The notes beneath the pieces are model-generated. The model made no database searches. It was not told the DNA's origin and was given only the letters and a program-made list of their open reading frames with translations. Positions 1-8,730 of a stretch of 64,000 nt of DNA are shown one piece after another. Origin of the DNA: Nitrososphaerota archaeon (GTDB taxonomy: Archaea; Thermoproteota; Nitrososphaeria; Nitrososphaerales; Nitrosopumilaceae); assembly GCA_028867755.1 (NCBI GenBank), contig JAGWFT010000002.1:1-64000 (forward strand), given 5' to 3'. Every line of letters begins with the position of its first letter. The stretch's first letter is position 1. Made by a program: the position numbers and the translations under genes.

Positions 1-598
1 ACGGTGTATTTGAAAAGTGAAATGACCATACTATGTTTCCATTTCTATCTACTTCAATAACCTCCGGATCAGTATATGGCCATGGTGAATAATCTTCAGC
101 GTGTGCAGCGTCAATTAGAGTATCGCCATTTGGTAGTCGTACAGCATCATGGGCAACGTCTCTGTTTACATACTGCCATACAATTTGACCGTCACGATTT
201 ACTTCATATGCACCTCGGTATTGTTCAGGATCGGCTACTGCAAACAGTATATCATTATTAGGTAATACCATGAGTCCCAATATTGCTGCTTGAAAGGGAA
301 ACTTGTACTGCCAAACTGCCTTGCCTTCCATGTTGACCTCAATTATTTTGTGGTTGTTGATGTTGTCAAAGATTGTCGTACCATTCCATGTTTTACTAGG
401 GTCCCATTTTGAAACTGAATATGTGGGATTTGCAACTCCGCTAGGTATGTTTTGGAAAGGTGTTGCACCAAACGGTGGCATATTAGGTAGTGGTTCCTGT
501 GCTGATACTTGCTTTTGGTGAAAAGGAATTATGGAAGCTGGCAAAATTAATATCAAAATCAACACTAAGCTTAAAAGAATTTTTCCAACCCAGATCAA
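1..598 (-). CDS. Secreted beta-propeller protein, aryl-sulfate sulfotransferase (ASST)-like; runs off the left window edge
   Basis: Absent from the ORF track because it has no stop in the window. Manual minus-strand translation from TTG at 598: MIWVGKILLSLVLILILILPASIIPFHQKQVSAQEP... (signal peptide), then repeats KIIEVNMEGKAVWQY / AYEVNRDGQIVWQY / HDAVRLPNGDTLI / VIEVDRNGNIVWSF typical of ASST-like propellers. Start codon uncertain. Confidence 0.7.
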   Translation of the reverse strand, partial: MIWVGKILLSLVLILILILPASIIPFHQKQVSAQEPLPNMPPFGATPFQNIPSGVANPTYSVSKWDPSKTWNGTTIFDNINNHKIIEVNMEGKAVWQYKFPFQAAILGLMVLPNNDILFAVADPEQYRGAYEVNRDGQIVWQYVNRDVAHDAVRLPNGDTLIDAAHAEDYSPWPYTDPEVIEVDRNGNIVWSFHFSNTP

Positions 599-1020
599 TT
601 TAGCTACGTCTGTTGTTGTGTGATTTAAGGATAGTGAGATAGATTCATTCGTAACTATAACATCAGTACATAAAAATCCTAGCAGTCAGATTCTCATAGG
701 TCTGAACCCTAAATTTTAATCCTGTAAGACTTGCTACAAAACTCCTTCCATTCTCATTTTATCGAAATTAGGTATTCATTTGCAGTAGTGGATTTGTGCA
801 ATCCAAATCTTGACGGACTACAATTATTTTTTTAATACTGCATACTGGTAATATCTATTTTTTTTAAATGAAATTGCATATTCTTCTAAAAAGAGATAAT
901 TGGCCATTTTTAGAAATTGTAAAGTATCTTTCTCGATTTTTTAGAAAATTTGGGGGATCTATAATTTTATGGAATCTAAATACAGAACATTTTTATAGAA
1001 TATTTTTTCATGTAAAAGAG

Positions 1021-3075
1021 TTGAAATCAGTTTTAGCACTTGTTTTGATCTTTTCTGCTGTTGTAATGTCTGCTGGAACAATTTCTGGTTTATCGTATAA
1101 TCAAAATGCTTTTGCAATTTCCTCACCGCCAGATGTTACAGTTACATCTCCTTCCAACGGTGCCGCATTATCTTCAAGTACTGTAACAATAACAGGTACC
1201 GCATCTTCCTCATCAAATACAATATCAACAGTCCAAGTATCAATTGATGGTGCACCATATGTTGATGCTACAGGAACAACAAGTTGGTCTTATACTGCAA
1301 ATGGACTTGCAAATGGAGTCCATTCTATTACTGCCAAGGCAATAGATAGCCAAGGACTGATTGGGTATAGCACAAATGTGCTCACAGGCACCACAATACC
1401 TACAGGTAATGGACAGGAACTAGTCTTTGATCCTGCAAATGGGAATATCTATGTTGCAAATATTGCTCAAGGTACAATCTCTGTAATTAGCAGCACTACA
1501 AACCACGTAACAAACACGATATCTGGAGTCCCTGGACCCACAGGTATTGCTTATGACTCTGTAAACGGTTACCTTTACACAGCAAATTATAATTTTAATA
1601 GTATTTCTGTGGTAGATACAACAACCAATCACGTTGTGACCACGATTAGTGCAGGTGGTATTCAGCCATTTGGTGTGGCATATGTTCCAAACGGCAAGAT
1701 CTATGTTGCCAATACAGGGAGTAACACAGTCTCTGTAATCGATCCTTCTTCAAACACTATTGTTGGAACCATTCCTACTGGTGCTCATCCACAAGATTTC
1801 ACATACGACTCTGTACACAATCATCTTTACATGACAAACCAAGGATCTAATACAGTCTCTGTAATTGATCCTTCAACAAATACTATTGTTAACACTATAG
1901 GTGTGGGTGGCTCACCAAGAGGTCTAGTATATGATCCTGCAAATGGCGAAATCTATGTTGCAAATAATGCAGCTAACACTGTCTCTATAATAGATACATC
2001 AAACAACAGCGTCACTAATATCCCAACTGGTTCAAGCGGTGGTCCAAATGGTGTAGCATTTGATCCATCTAACGGATTTGTTTATGTACCAGACTTTTCA
2101 GGTACAAGACTAAATGTGATAGATTCTGCAACCAACGCTTTCATCAATCCGGTCATACTCCCAAGTGCTCCTTACTATTACTATGCAATATTTGATCCAA
2201 TAAACTCTGATATCTACATAACCAGTGGTACTAACGTTGCCGTAATTCAGACTCAGACACAATTTACAGTTACAGTGCAGGATACAACACCACCTGTTGT
2301 AACAGTCCCAGCGCCAATTACCACACCAGCTACTGGTCCATCCGGTGCTACAGTGACATTTGCCACATCTGCAACAGACCCAGATGACACTGCAGGTCCT
2401 GTCCAATGCAATCCTGCCTCTGGTTCAACATTCCCAGTAGGTACAACAACAGTAACATGTACTTCTACAGATACTCACAGTAACACTGGTACTGCATCAT
2501 TTACAGTTACAATATTGTCATTCCTTCAAGAAAAACAAGGTGTAATCCCAAGCCTCCAAGCCATTACACCTGTAAGCCATGATGACCAACAAGACCTCAA
2601 GCAGGCAATAGAAGCAGTACAAGACAGTGTTAACACAAGCCTCTGGCAATCCGATGGTACTCATCTTGTAGTAAAGACAGGTGACAAGGTATTTGATGAT
2701 GAAAAGAAAGCAGTACAACAACTAAATAATATGATTGAGGATAAGAAAGAGTCCTCGTCAATTGTAACAACATTACAAAATGGCATATCAACATTAACTG
2801 ATGTTGACCAAAAGCTTGCTAATACTGCGATCTCAGATGCCAATACTGCTGCCAGTGGATTGACTGGAGATCATGCAAAAGATGCACAAAATGATATTTC
2901 ACAAGCACAAAAAGAGATGAACCAGGCATCAGACGAAAGTAACAAGGGACATTATGATGCTGCAATAGACCACTACAAGAACGCATGGCATCATGCTGAG
3001 GATGTAATCACAGATATCACTCATAACCCTAGTGATCACCAAGGCAATGATGATAATCGCGGAAACGACAAGTAA
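1021..3075 (+). CDS. Secreted/surface protein: Ig-like domain + 7 YVTN-type beta-propeller blades + HYR domain + helical C-terminal domain
   Basis: The ORF track starts at 868, but TTG at 1021 gives a clean signal peptide (MKSVLALVLIFSAVVMSAG...NAFA). Seven ~42-aa repeats (e.g. IYVANTGSNTVSVID), followed by a HYR-type DTTPPVVTVP...FPVGTTTVTCTSTD. Confidence 0.8.
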   Translation: MKSVLALVLIFSAVVMSAGTISGLSYNQNAFAISSPPDVTVTSPSNGAALSSSTVTITGTASSSSNTISTVQVSIDGAPYVDATGTTSWSYTANGLANGVHSITAKAIDSQGLIGYSTNVLTGTTIPTGNGQELVFDPANGNIYVANIAQGTISVISSTTNHVTNTISGVPGPTGIAYDSVNGYLYTANYNFNSISVVDTTTNHVVTTISAGGIQPFGVAYVPNGKIYVANTGSNTVSVIDPSSNTIVGTIPTGAHPQDFTYDSVHNHLYMTNQGSNTVSVIDPSTNTIVNTIGVGGSPRGLVYDPANGEIYVANNAANTVSIIDTSNNSVTNIPTGSSGGPNGVAFDPSNGFVYVPDFSGTRLNVIDSATNAFINPVILPSAPYYYYAIFDPINSDIYITSGTNVAVIQTQTQFTVTVQDTTPPVVTVPAPITTPATGPSGATVTFATSATDPDDTAGPVQCNPASGSTFPVGTTTVTCTSTDTHSNTGTASFTVTILSFLQEKQGVIPSLQAITPVSHDDQQDLKQAIEAVQDSVNTSLWQSDGTHLVVKTGDKVFDDEKKAVQQLNNMIEDKKESSSIVTTLQNGISTLTDVDQKLANTAISDANTAASGLTGDHAKDAQNDISQAQKEMNQASDESNKGHYDAAIDHYKNAWHHAEDVITDITHNPSDHQGNDDNRGNDK

Positions 3076-3093
3076 CTAATCTGATCAATCGAC

Positions 3094-3155
3094 TAGAAAT
3101 CTGTAAGATTCAAACCCTTGCAGGTTTGAATCCAATTTACTCGTAGAAATCTGTA
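3094..3155. repeat. 12-bp direct repeat flanking a 10-bp-stem inverted repeat
   Basis: TAGAAATCTGTA at 3094-3105 and 3144-3155; GATTCAAACC (3107-3116) / GGTTTGAATC (3123-3132) is a perfect inverted repeat with a 6-nt loop. Confidence 0.85.
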
Positions 3156-3174
3156 GTTGTCTAATTTATTCAGA

Positions 3175-3342
3175 ACAATAAACCTCGACAGCACACCAAC
3201 GCTTGAAAACGAACGTGTGCCAAACGCTGGAGAGATCTCAGAGATGCTCAATAGGTCATCGCTCAGGGAATCTGCAATAATTTCCTTGATTGCCAAGTCA
3301 GGACCCAGACCTCAAGTGATAGGAAATCACAACGGGACTGGG
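3175..3342 (+). pseudogene. Fragment of a tyrosine recombinase/integrase next to the tRNA-Ala 3' end
   Basis: Translation TINLDSTPTLENERVPNAGEISEMLNRSSLRESAIISLIAKSGPRPQVIGNHNGT resembles the box-I region (SGLR-like catalytic Arg) of thaumarchaeal integrases, recognised from memory. About 56 codons, truncated at both ends, ending ~20 nt from the tRNA. Confidence 0.7.
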
Positions 3343-3363
3343 GTTCCAAACCGTCTGTGTAAG

Positions 3364-3436
3364 TGGACCGAGGGGGATTTGAACCCCCGACATCCGCGTT
3401 GCGAACGCGGCATCACTACCACTAGACTACCGGCCC
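3364..3436 (-). tRNA. tRNA-Ala(CGC)
   Basis: Reverse complement GGGCCGG..., anticodon arm CCGCG-TT CGC AA-CGCGG, T arm GGGGG TTCAAAT CCCCC; 73 nt. Confidence 0.95.
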
Positions 3437-3512
3437 TTCTGTTACCAAGAATAGTATCCGCTTTTATTCATTTACTCAAAAGAATAATACTGGGATTTTA
3501 GCAAAGTTTACG

Positions 3513-4907
3513 ATGACTTTTGATAACATCATACTAAACTCCCATGTTGTCCTGCCAAGTGGTATAGTTGATAAAAATATTGTAATTGATGAAGGAAAAA
3601 TTGTTGGTCTAACAAACGACATTCCACAATGTGATACAAAAATTGATGGAAGAGGTCTAGTTGCGTTACCAGGAGTAATTGACCCTCACGTGCATTATGG
3701 AGTATATTCTCCAATAGAACAAGCTGCAGTAACAGAGTCAAGAGTTGCAGCAGTTGGTGGAGTCACCACAATGATGCGAATGTTACGCTTGAGTGGCTCC
3801 TACAAACGTAACCTTGACTTGCATCTTGAAGAGAGTGCTCGATCTCACTATATCGATTATACAATACATGCCTCAATTCTTCAAGAAAGTCAAATTGACG
3901 AGATGGAATTTTGTGCAAAAAAAGGAATCACGTCATTCAAGCTGTACATGAATCTAGGAGATGAGGTAGGCCATGTCTACATGGACATGAAGCCAAGACA
4001 GAATTTACTAATAGAAGAAAAAGTAGAAGTTAATACAAAAATTGTCGAACGCGTTATAAATAATGCATCTTTGCTTGGATGTACAGTTCTGATACATGCA
4101 GAAGATTACCAAATGTGTTCCTGTGGAATACGTGAAGCAAAGACAAAAAATAAGAACGGGCTTGGGGCATGGTCGGAAAGCAGACCAGTAGAATCCGAGG
4201 TCAAGTCAATAACAACAGCATCTCAGATTGCAAAAAAAACAGGATGCAAACTCTACTTTGTGCATATTGGTTCACATGTTGCAATGGATGCAATCTCAAA
4301 GGAAAAGAAAAACGGTACTACAATCTTTGTAGAAACTTGTCCACACTATCTAACTTTGTCATACGAGTCTCAGCAAGGATATCTTGCAAAAGTAATGCCT
4401 CCGATTAGATCATCAAAGGACACTGCAAGAATATGGCAAGAGGTGCAGAATGGAAATGTTGATACAATTGGCACAGATCATGTGGCAAATCGACTTGATC
4501 TAAAACTTGGGGGAGATACAGTCTGGGATGCACTCGCTGGATTTCCAGGCATAGGAACAATGATGCCAATCTTGCTAAGCGAAGGGGTGAACAAAGACAG
4601 GATAACATTACCACAACTATCAAATCTTACCAGTTTGAATACAGCAAAAATCTTTGGAATGTATCCCAAGAAAGGGATACTCCAAAAGGGCTCTGATGCT
4701 GATATTGTACTAGTTGACATGAAAGCAGAAAAAAAAGTAAGCACTGAGCTCTTGAATGGTTACTCTGACTATACTGTATATGATGGATGGAGTCTAAAAG
4801 GCTGGCCTGTGAAAACCCTTGTCAGGGGCTCAGTTGTGGCCGAAGATTTTAAGGTAGTAGGAAAGCCAGGATATGGAAAATTCATCCAAAGACCTGTCTC
4901 AACGTAA
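3513..4907 (+). CDS. Cyclic amidohydrolase (dihydroorotase/hydantoinase/allantoinase family)
   Basis: DPHVH, SFKLYM (carbamylated Lys), HAED, FVH and GTDH metal-binding motifs. Substrate cannot be assigned by eye. Confidence 0.85.
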   Translation: MTFDNIILNSHVVLPSGIVDKNIVIDEGKIVGLTNDIPQCDTKIDGRGLVALPGVIDPHVHYGVYSPIEQAAVTESRVAAVGGVTTMMRMLRLSGSYKRNLDLHLEESARSHYIDYTIHASILQESQIDEMEFCAKKGITSFKLYMNLGDEVGHVYMDMKPRQNLLIEEKVEVNTKIVERVINNASLLGCTVLIHAEDYQMCSCGIREAKTKNKNGLGAWSESRPVESEVKSITTASQIAKKTGCKLYFVHIGSHVAMDAISKEKKNGTTIFVETCPHYLTLSYESQQGYLAKVMPPIRSSKDTARIWQEVQNGNVDTIGTDHVANRLDLKLGGDTVWDALAGFPGIGTMMPILLSEGVNKDRITLPQLSNLTSLNTAKIFGMYPKKGILQKGSDADIVLVDMKAEKKVSTELLNGYSDYTVYDGWSLKGWPVKTLVRGSVVAEDFKVVGKPGYGKFIQRPVST

Positions 4908-5573
4908 TACTTCAAACTTGCCGTTTTCTTTTGCCTTGTAAATGATATCAGGTTTTGAAAATATTCCAACCTCAATCACGCCAGGAATCTCTATTATTTT
5001 TGTTGCCAACTCTTTAGGGTTGGAAATTGTACCAAACTCACAGTCTAGTATTATGTTTCCATTCTCAGTTACGTATGGGTATCCACGGTCTAGCAATCGT
5101 ATGTGTGGTTTTCCGCCAAGTTTTTTGATTTGAATCAAAGCAACATTTCTTGCAAACTGATGAACCTCTACTGGTATACTTCGGTTTAGTTTTTTTACAA
5201 ATTTCGATTCATCAGCTATGATTACTGTTTTTTTTGCCATGCTTATGAGTATCTTTTCTCGTAGGAGTGCCCCACCTCCTCCCTTAACCATGTATCCCTT
5301 TACATCTATCTGATCCGCTCCGTCAAAAACTAGATCCACATGATCTATCTGATCAGGCTCAATTATTGATACTCCTCCTCTCTCTGCTTCCATTTTGATC
5401 TGTAATGATGTTGGAATAGCTCTTACAGAAAGATTATTTTTCTTCAGGTATGATGATAATAACCTGACAATTGCTGTTGCAGCCCTGCCACTGCCTAGCC
5501 CTATGACATAATTGTTCTTTACCATCTTTAACGCTTGAGGCGATAATGCCTTTATGGCATCATCCACTGTCAA
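4899..5573 (-). CDS. rpiA: Ribose-5-phosphate isomerase A
   Basis: GLGSGRA, DGADQ and KGGGGALLREK motifs. Confidence 0.95.
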   Translation of the reverse strand: MTVDDAIKALSPQALKMVKNNYVIGLGSGRAATAIVRLLSSYLKKNNLSVRAIPTSLQIKMEAERGGVSIIEPDQIDHVDLVFDGADQIDVKGYMVKGGGGALLREKILISMAKKTVIIADESKFVKKLNRSIPVEVHQFARNVALIQIKKLGGKPHIRLLDRGYPYVTENGNIILDCEFGTISNPKELATKIIEIPGVIEVGIFSKPDIIYKAKENGKFEVLR

Positions 5574-6542
5574 CTATTCTACCTCTACTTGTTCTAGCTT
5601 GGACAGGGCTTTCATTATCTCGCTTTTTATTTTATCTAAATCCTTATCATCATCTTCAATTTTTTCTTCTTCTGGTATCTTAATAGGAGTTGGTAACTGT
5701 ATCTTCTTTTCAACATGTTCAACTACTTGTGGTTTTGGTATCTCTATCGTTACAACCTCTTCTTTTGGTACAAGAGGAGTGGATTCTACTGGAACAATTG
5801 CTTTTGGTATCTCAAGTGACTCTTTGATTGGTTCTTCAATAATTTTTGCAGGCTCGACATGAATTTGTGCTGGTCGCATCAATTCAGCTGGAAATTCCGG
5901 CATTCTGCTTGGAATTTCTGTCAATGTGCTAAGCTCAACTGATCTGCGCCTTTCAGTAACAGGAATCTCAATTGGAGGCATGTATACAGGAATCTCTTCT
6001 TTTCGAATTTCTACTCTTTGTTGTTGGACCTCAATCTTTGGTTCTACTTTTTCAACTCGCGGTCTTTCCTGTACGATTTGTTTTTGCTGCTCTTGCTGTT
6101 TAGCACTAGTCTGCACTGTCGTTTGTACAGTTGGCTGTACAGGATTCACCGATATCTTGGACGAGATCTCATGTAGCCTCTGGTCCATCTTGGATAGTTT
6201 GTTATCCATGAGACTAATCAGACTGTCACCTATTGGTCCTAGGTCTGCATACTTGCTTGCAGTCTCCAATTTTTCTATCTTGGCAATTATGGCTCCAATC
6301 TGATGTTGATATCTTATGAGAAGTTTATCTCGCTGAACGCTTGAAACGTTCGAGTCTTCATGGTGTAACCTTGTAATCGTTTTTGCTAGTATTTCCTTTT
6401 CAATTTTCAAGGAATGTAACTGGTCCCCTACTGCAGAACTTACCGTAACAGTTTGTTTGTATTTTCGCTTTGGTATTTTATCTAAAGCAACTGCAGTACA
6501 AGCGCCCGCCAGAGAAGTAAAAACGAGAGCTATTTCTTCCAA
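5574..6542 (-). CDS. Hypothetical protein: N-terminal hydrophobic segment, coiled coil, long Q/P/E-rich linker, short helical C-terminus
   Basis: 322-aa ORF abutting rpiA and rpl37e with 0-1 nt gaps (operon-like). Confidence 0.75.
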   Translation of the reverse strand: MEEIALVFTSLAGACTAVALDKIPKRKYKQTVTVSSAVGDQLHSLKIEKEILAKTITRLHHEDSNVSSVQRDKLLIRYQHQIGAIIAKIEKLETASKYADLGPIGDSLISLMDNKLSKMDQRLHEISSKISVNPVQPTVQTTVQTSAKQQEQQKQIVQERPRVEKVEPKIEVQQQRVEIRKEEIPVYMPPIEIPVTERRRSVELSTLTEIPSRMPEFPAELMRPAQIHVEPAKIIEEPIKESLEIPKAIVPVESTPLVPKEEVVTIEIPKPQVVEHVEKKIQLPTPIKIPEEEKIEDDDKDLDKIKSEIMKALSKLEQVEVE

Positions 6543-6543
6543 T

Positions 6544-6711
6544 TTATGTATACCATTTGATCCAGTTGTACTTTCTTATTCTTGCATCTGGATAACCACA
6601 GCTTGCACATTTCTTGTGTCTTACATGCAAAGAATTTTTTCCACATCTTCTGCATCTTATGTGAACGTGTTTCCTTGTGTATCCTCCCATGGAGGTTGTG
6701 CCTTTAGTCAT
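6544..6711 (-). CDS. rpl37e: 50S ribosomal protein L37e
   Basis: Missing from the ORF track (55 aa). Manual translation [55 protein letters not shown], with the CRRCG...CASCGY zinc finger. Confidence 0.95.
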   Translation of the reverse strand: MTKGTTSMGGYTRKHVHIRCRRCGKNSLHVRHKKCASCGYPDARIRKYNWIKWYT

Positions 6712-6718
6712 TGTGCTA

Positions 6719-6949
6719 TCACTTTGGTGGAGGAGATATGATAACCACGTTATCTCCTCTAACTACTATGGTTCCTAGACTCTTTGTCTCTCCTTCAGAA
6801 GGGATCTCTTCCGAAGAATCAAGTAGCAGGTTCATGTGCTGATCAAAGCCATGAAGATTTCCTCTTATCACTTTGCCACCTTTTAGCTTGATAAGAACAA
6901 CCTTGTTGAGGCTTTCATCAAGTACTTTTACTGCCATATCAACTGACAT
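6719..6949 (-). CDS. Sm-like (LSm/SmAP1) RNA-binding protein
   Basis: Sm1 ([14 protein letters not shown]) and Sm2 (VVRGDNV) motifs; directly upstream of rpl37e, as is common in archaea. Confidence 0.95.
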   Translation of the reverse strand: MSVDMAVKVLDESLNKVVLIKLKGGKVIRGNLHGFDQHMNLLLDSSEEIPSEGETKSLGTIVVRGDNVVIISPPPK

Positions 6950-6994
6950 CTATTTCACTTATTACCCACTCTATCGAGGGTATATATTAAAATT

Positions 6995-7723
6995 TCATTG
7001 GTGTAATTTTCGACTTTTCCCGGTAAGGCAAGTTTGACTCTCTTTTACGATAGATGTGACAATTTCACCCAAGATCTTCCTTCCTTCCTTTGCAGTTGCG
7101 CAGGTGGGGTCTCCCCACACTCCATTTCCTGTTGCAGCAATAAACGACTTGCTTGCCATCTTGCTTAGTCTATATAGATCCTTTTTTGTCAAGTTCTCTT
7201 CAATCAATCCCTTCTCTGCCTTGCTCATCTTGACCTGTCTTGATATTGCAAGCATGATGGATGTCTCCACAAATCCAGCATGATCAAACCTTCGCTTCAT
7301 AAAGTGCCAGTATGAATAGACAAAGACTCTTGGTCTGGTACCATGGATTTTAGCAACCTTGGACGGTATATCCTTTATCGCTTTCTGGTTGCCATGGTGA
7401 CCGTTGAGTATTATTATCGTCTTGACACCATTTTTCCAAAGTGATGCACAAGTATCGATAACATATCTTTGCAACGTGTTTGATTTTATACTCAAGTTGA
7501 AGAATGGATGGTGTTCAAACGAGACGCCATACTCGATTGTAGGTAAAAGAAGAAACCCAGTCTTTTCTGATACTTTCTTTGCTATGAATGACACAATGTC
7601 AGAATCAGTTGATACCGGCAAATGTGGGCCGTGTTGTTCAGTAGACCCTATTGGTATTATGACAACAGGCTTCTTTCTTATTTCGTTGATTATGTGTACG
7701 TTTGAGAGATCTCTTAGTATCAT
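6995..7723 (-). CDS. Creatininase-family amidohydrolase (ArfB-like deformylase candidate)
   Basis: PIGSTEQHGPHLP..TD, NGHHGN and HAGFVETS motifs. Confidence 0.85.
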   Translation of the reverse strand: MILRDLSNVHIINEIRKKPVVIIPIGSTEQHGPHLPVSTDSDIVSFIAKKVSEKTGFLLLPTIEYGVSFEHHPFFNLSIKSNTLQRYVIDTCASLWKNGVKTIIILNGHHGNQKAIKDIPSKVAKIHGTRPRVFVYSYWHFMKRRFDHAGFVETSIMLAISRQVKMSKAEKGLIEENLTKKDLYRLSKMASKSFIAATGNGVWGDPTCATAKEGRKILGEIVTSIVKESQTCLTGKSRKLHQ

Positions 7724-8577
7724 TTAGATCGTCTTGGCTTGACGTGTACTTTGCCCCAGTATACTTCAAGTCTTCCATCCAAGTGCATTTTTACTGCCTC
7801 AAGAAGTGTTCTTGCCTCTAGTCTTTGGCCTTTCTTCTTCAGGGATTCTAGGGTTTCATCTTCGTCAATTGCAAAAGCGTCTTGAAATATTATTGGTCCT
7901 TGATCCAAATCTTCAGTCACATAGTGTGAAGTACATCCCACTATTTTTGCCCCCCGCTCATATGCTTGAACATATGCAAAGGCTCCTGGGAATGCAGGCA
8001 ACAGTGATGGATGTATGTTAATTATCCTATTTGGATATCTCCACACAAAATTTGGAGAAAGTATCCTCATGTATCTTGCAAGAACTATTAGATCGACATT
8101 GTATTTTTTTGCAATCAAGATTATTTTTTCCTCTGCATTACTTTGTTCTTTTTCATTAACAAGCACAAAGGGAATCTTTGCTTTCTTGGCTAATGTTGCT
8201 AGTGTATTTTCTGTACCGATAACTACGGCAATCTCTCCCCTTAGCTGGTTTTTTGCTCTGGCATCTAGTATTGCTTCTAAGCAATGTGATTCTTTTGTTA
8301 CCAGGACTGCAACTCTTTTTCTCTTTGAGACTTCATAGTGAATGCTAACTTCCATTTTGAGATTCTTTGCAAGTCTTTCTGCTTCTTGATTGAATTTTTT
8401 AATGTCAATTTTTTTGGTAAATGATGCTTCCAAATACATGCCAAATAAGCTTTTGATAACATTTTGATTTATTTTTTCAATATTCCCTCCGTTCTGAAAA
8501 ATAAAATTAGTAAAACCTGCAACTACCCCTTCGTGGTCCTTTCCAACTATTGTAATCTCTACAACTATTTTTTCCAT
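7720..8577 (-). CDS. purU: Formyltetrahydrofolate deformylase
   Basis: N-terminal ACT domain; LARYMRILS and INIHPSLLPAFPGA formyltransferase motifs. Confidence 0.9.
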   Translation of the reverse strand: MEKIVVEITIVGKDHEGVVAGFTNFIFQNGGNIEKINQNVIKSLFGMYLEASFTKKIDIKKFNQEAERLAKNLKMEVSIHYEVSKRKRVAVLVTKESHCLEAILDARAKNQLRGEIAVVIGTENTLATLAKKAKIPFVLVNEKEQSNAEEKIILIAKKYNVDLIVLARYMRILSPNFVWRYPNRIINIHPSLLPAFPGAFAYVQAYERGAKIVGCTSHYVTEDLDQGPIIFQDAFAIDEDETLESLKKKGQRLEARTLLEAVKMHLDGRLEVYWGKVHVKPRRSK

Positions 8578-8730
8578 TTTAATTGGTACATATCTCGTGC
8601 TTTATTAATGCTTAAATAGCCTCTTGAAATATGACGTATTATCAAATGCTAGTAGAACTAGGTATCTCAATTCTGTAATGAGTGATTGAATGGAAACAGA
8701 TTTTTCAATTTTGTACTTTGAGGAAAAATA

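Noticed and set aside
868-1020. N-terminal 51 codons of the 735-aa ORF
   Set aside because: AT-rich, promoter-like sequence in front of a clean signal peptide starting at TTG 1021; probably not translated.
3157-3501. 114-aa ORF as a real protein or an SSV-type split integrase
   Set aside because: Its second half is the antisense of tRNA-Ala. Integrase similarity covers only an internal piece and stops before the tRNA, so it is treated as a remnant. The split-integrase model cannot be supported without the other end of the element.
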